Below are positions 63,565 to 64,000 of a stretch of DNA of 64,000 nt, in pieces; the stretch's first letter is position 1, and the number at the start of each line of letters is the position of its first letter. A program made the position numbers and the translations under genes. This DNA is from Candidatus Daviesbacteria bacterium. GTDB lineage: Bacteria; Patescibacteriota; Microgenomatia; Daviesbacterales; UBA10151. The stretch covers positions 578,619 through 642,618 of the forward strand of contig CP066688.1 of the NCBI GenBank assembly GCA_016432425.1, given 5' to 3'. The notes below the pieces were generated by a model, which was not told the DNA's origin, made no database searches, and saw only the letters and a program-made list of their open reading frames with translations.

Positions 63565-64000
63565 TTTTCAAAATCCGCTGTTTGTGAGCCAGGTCGGTTT
63601 TGACAGCTACTTGATACTCAGGAAAATATTTTTGAGCCTCACTCATTGCCAATTCCCCGTGAGTATAATCAATCTCACAGATGATAAATTTGGGCTGCAA
63701 CTCCGGGAGTTGCCGACTAGATTGCTGGTTTATTTGGAAAAATAATTTTCGATACAACTCAAAACCATCTTTACCGCCGTCGAGCGCTACATGTGGTTCA
63801 AAATCTTTAACAGAGGAATCCAGATAGGGAATTCTGGCTGAGGGAATATAGGGCAGATTAGTCACGATAATATCAAGTGGAAACATTTTAAACGATCGCA
63901 TTTTTTGTTTCCCAATAGAAGAAAGCAAGTCGCTTTGGATAAAAGTTATTTTATCTAAAACTCCGTGAAGTTTGGCATTTTGCTTGGCTACTTTTAAAGC
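63536..64000 (-). CDS. prmC: Release factor glutamine methyltransferase PrmC/HemK, 3' part (runs off the window)
   Basis: IIVTNLPYIP, FEPHVALDGGKDG, DLA...R. Confidence 0.85.
   Translation of the reverse strand, partial: ALKVAKQNAKLHGVLDKITFIQSDLLSSIGKQKMRSFKMFPLDIIVTNLPYIPSARIPYLDSSVKDFEPHVALDGGKDGFELYRKLFFQINQQSSRQLPELQPKFIICEIDYTHGELAMSEAQKYFPEYQVAVKTDLAHKQRILKITGPVNQTK
63878..63912 (-). repeat. CGATCG-core palindrome in frame in prmC
   Basis: Reverse complement is 31/35 identical to 17653-17687. Confidence 0.85.

Overview
This is a 64 kb chromosomal window from a gene-dense, AT-rich bacterium. Gene content and style (short EF-Ts, trigger factor without its PPIase domain, two-domain ThyX, PaaX/Cas2-like orphan, near-leaderless promoters) point to Patescibacteria/CPR, probably Microgenomates; this placement is an inference. 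The backbone is pyrE, mreC-mreD-mrdA, dprA, topA, pyrG-dcd-tmk-thyX, rpsB-tsf-frr-rseP, proS, tig, rpsU, ybeY, dnaX, glyA, folD, ybaB-recR, cysS, uppP, ychF, rpsF-ssb-rpsR, CtpA and HtrA proteases and a partial prmC. Accessory regions are about 38-48 kb (Doc-type TA pair, IS200/IS605 relic, glyoxalase pseudogene), an ArsR-led thiol-redox operon (48-54 kb) and a ~3.9 kb island apparently integrated in the 5' end of ychF. The most striking unexplained structure is a set of short palindromic element families. (i) ~36 bp CGATCG/CGGCCG-core palindromes flank the winged-helix/Cas2-like (PaaX-like) gene as direct repeats and recur between genes and in frame inside unrelated genes, with compensatory base changes. 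(ii) CTTCG(A/G)C..CTCAG elements, some nested, are inserted in frame in ybaB, cysS, ychF and other genes. (iii) Further GC-rich hairpins lie in topA, tig, dnaX, folD and prmC. No rRNA, tRNA or CRISPR array was recognised. The supplied ORF track gives the wrong strand for 46087..47430, which reads on the minus strand.
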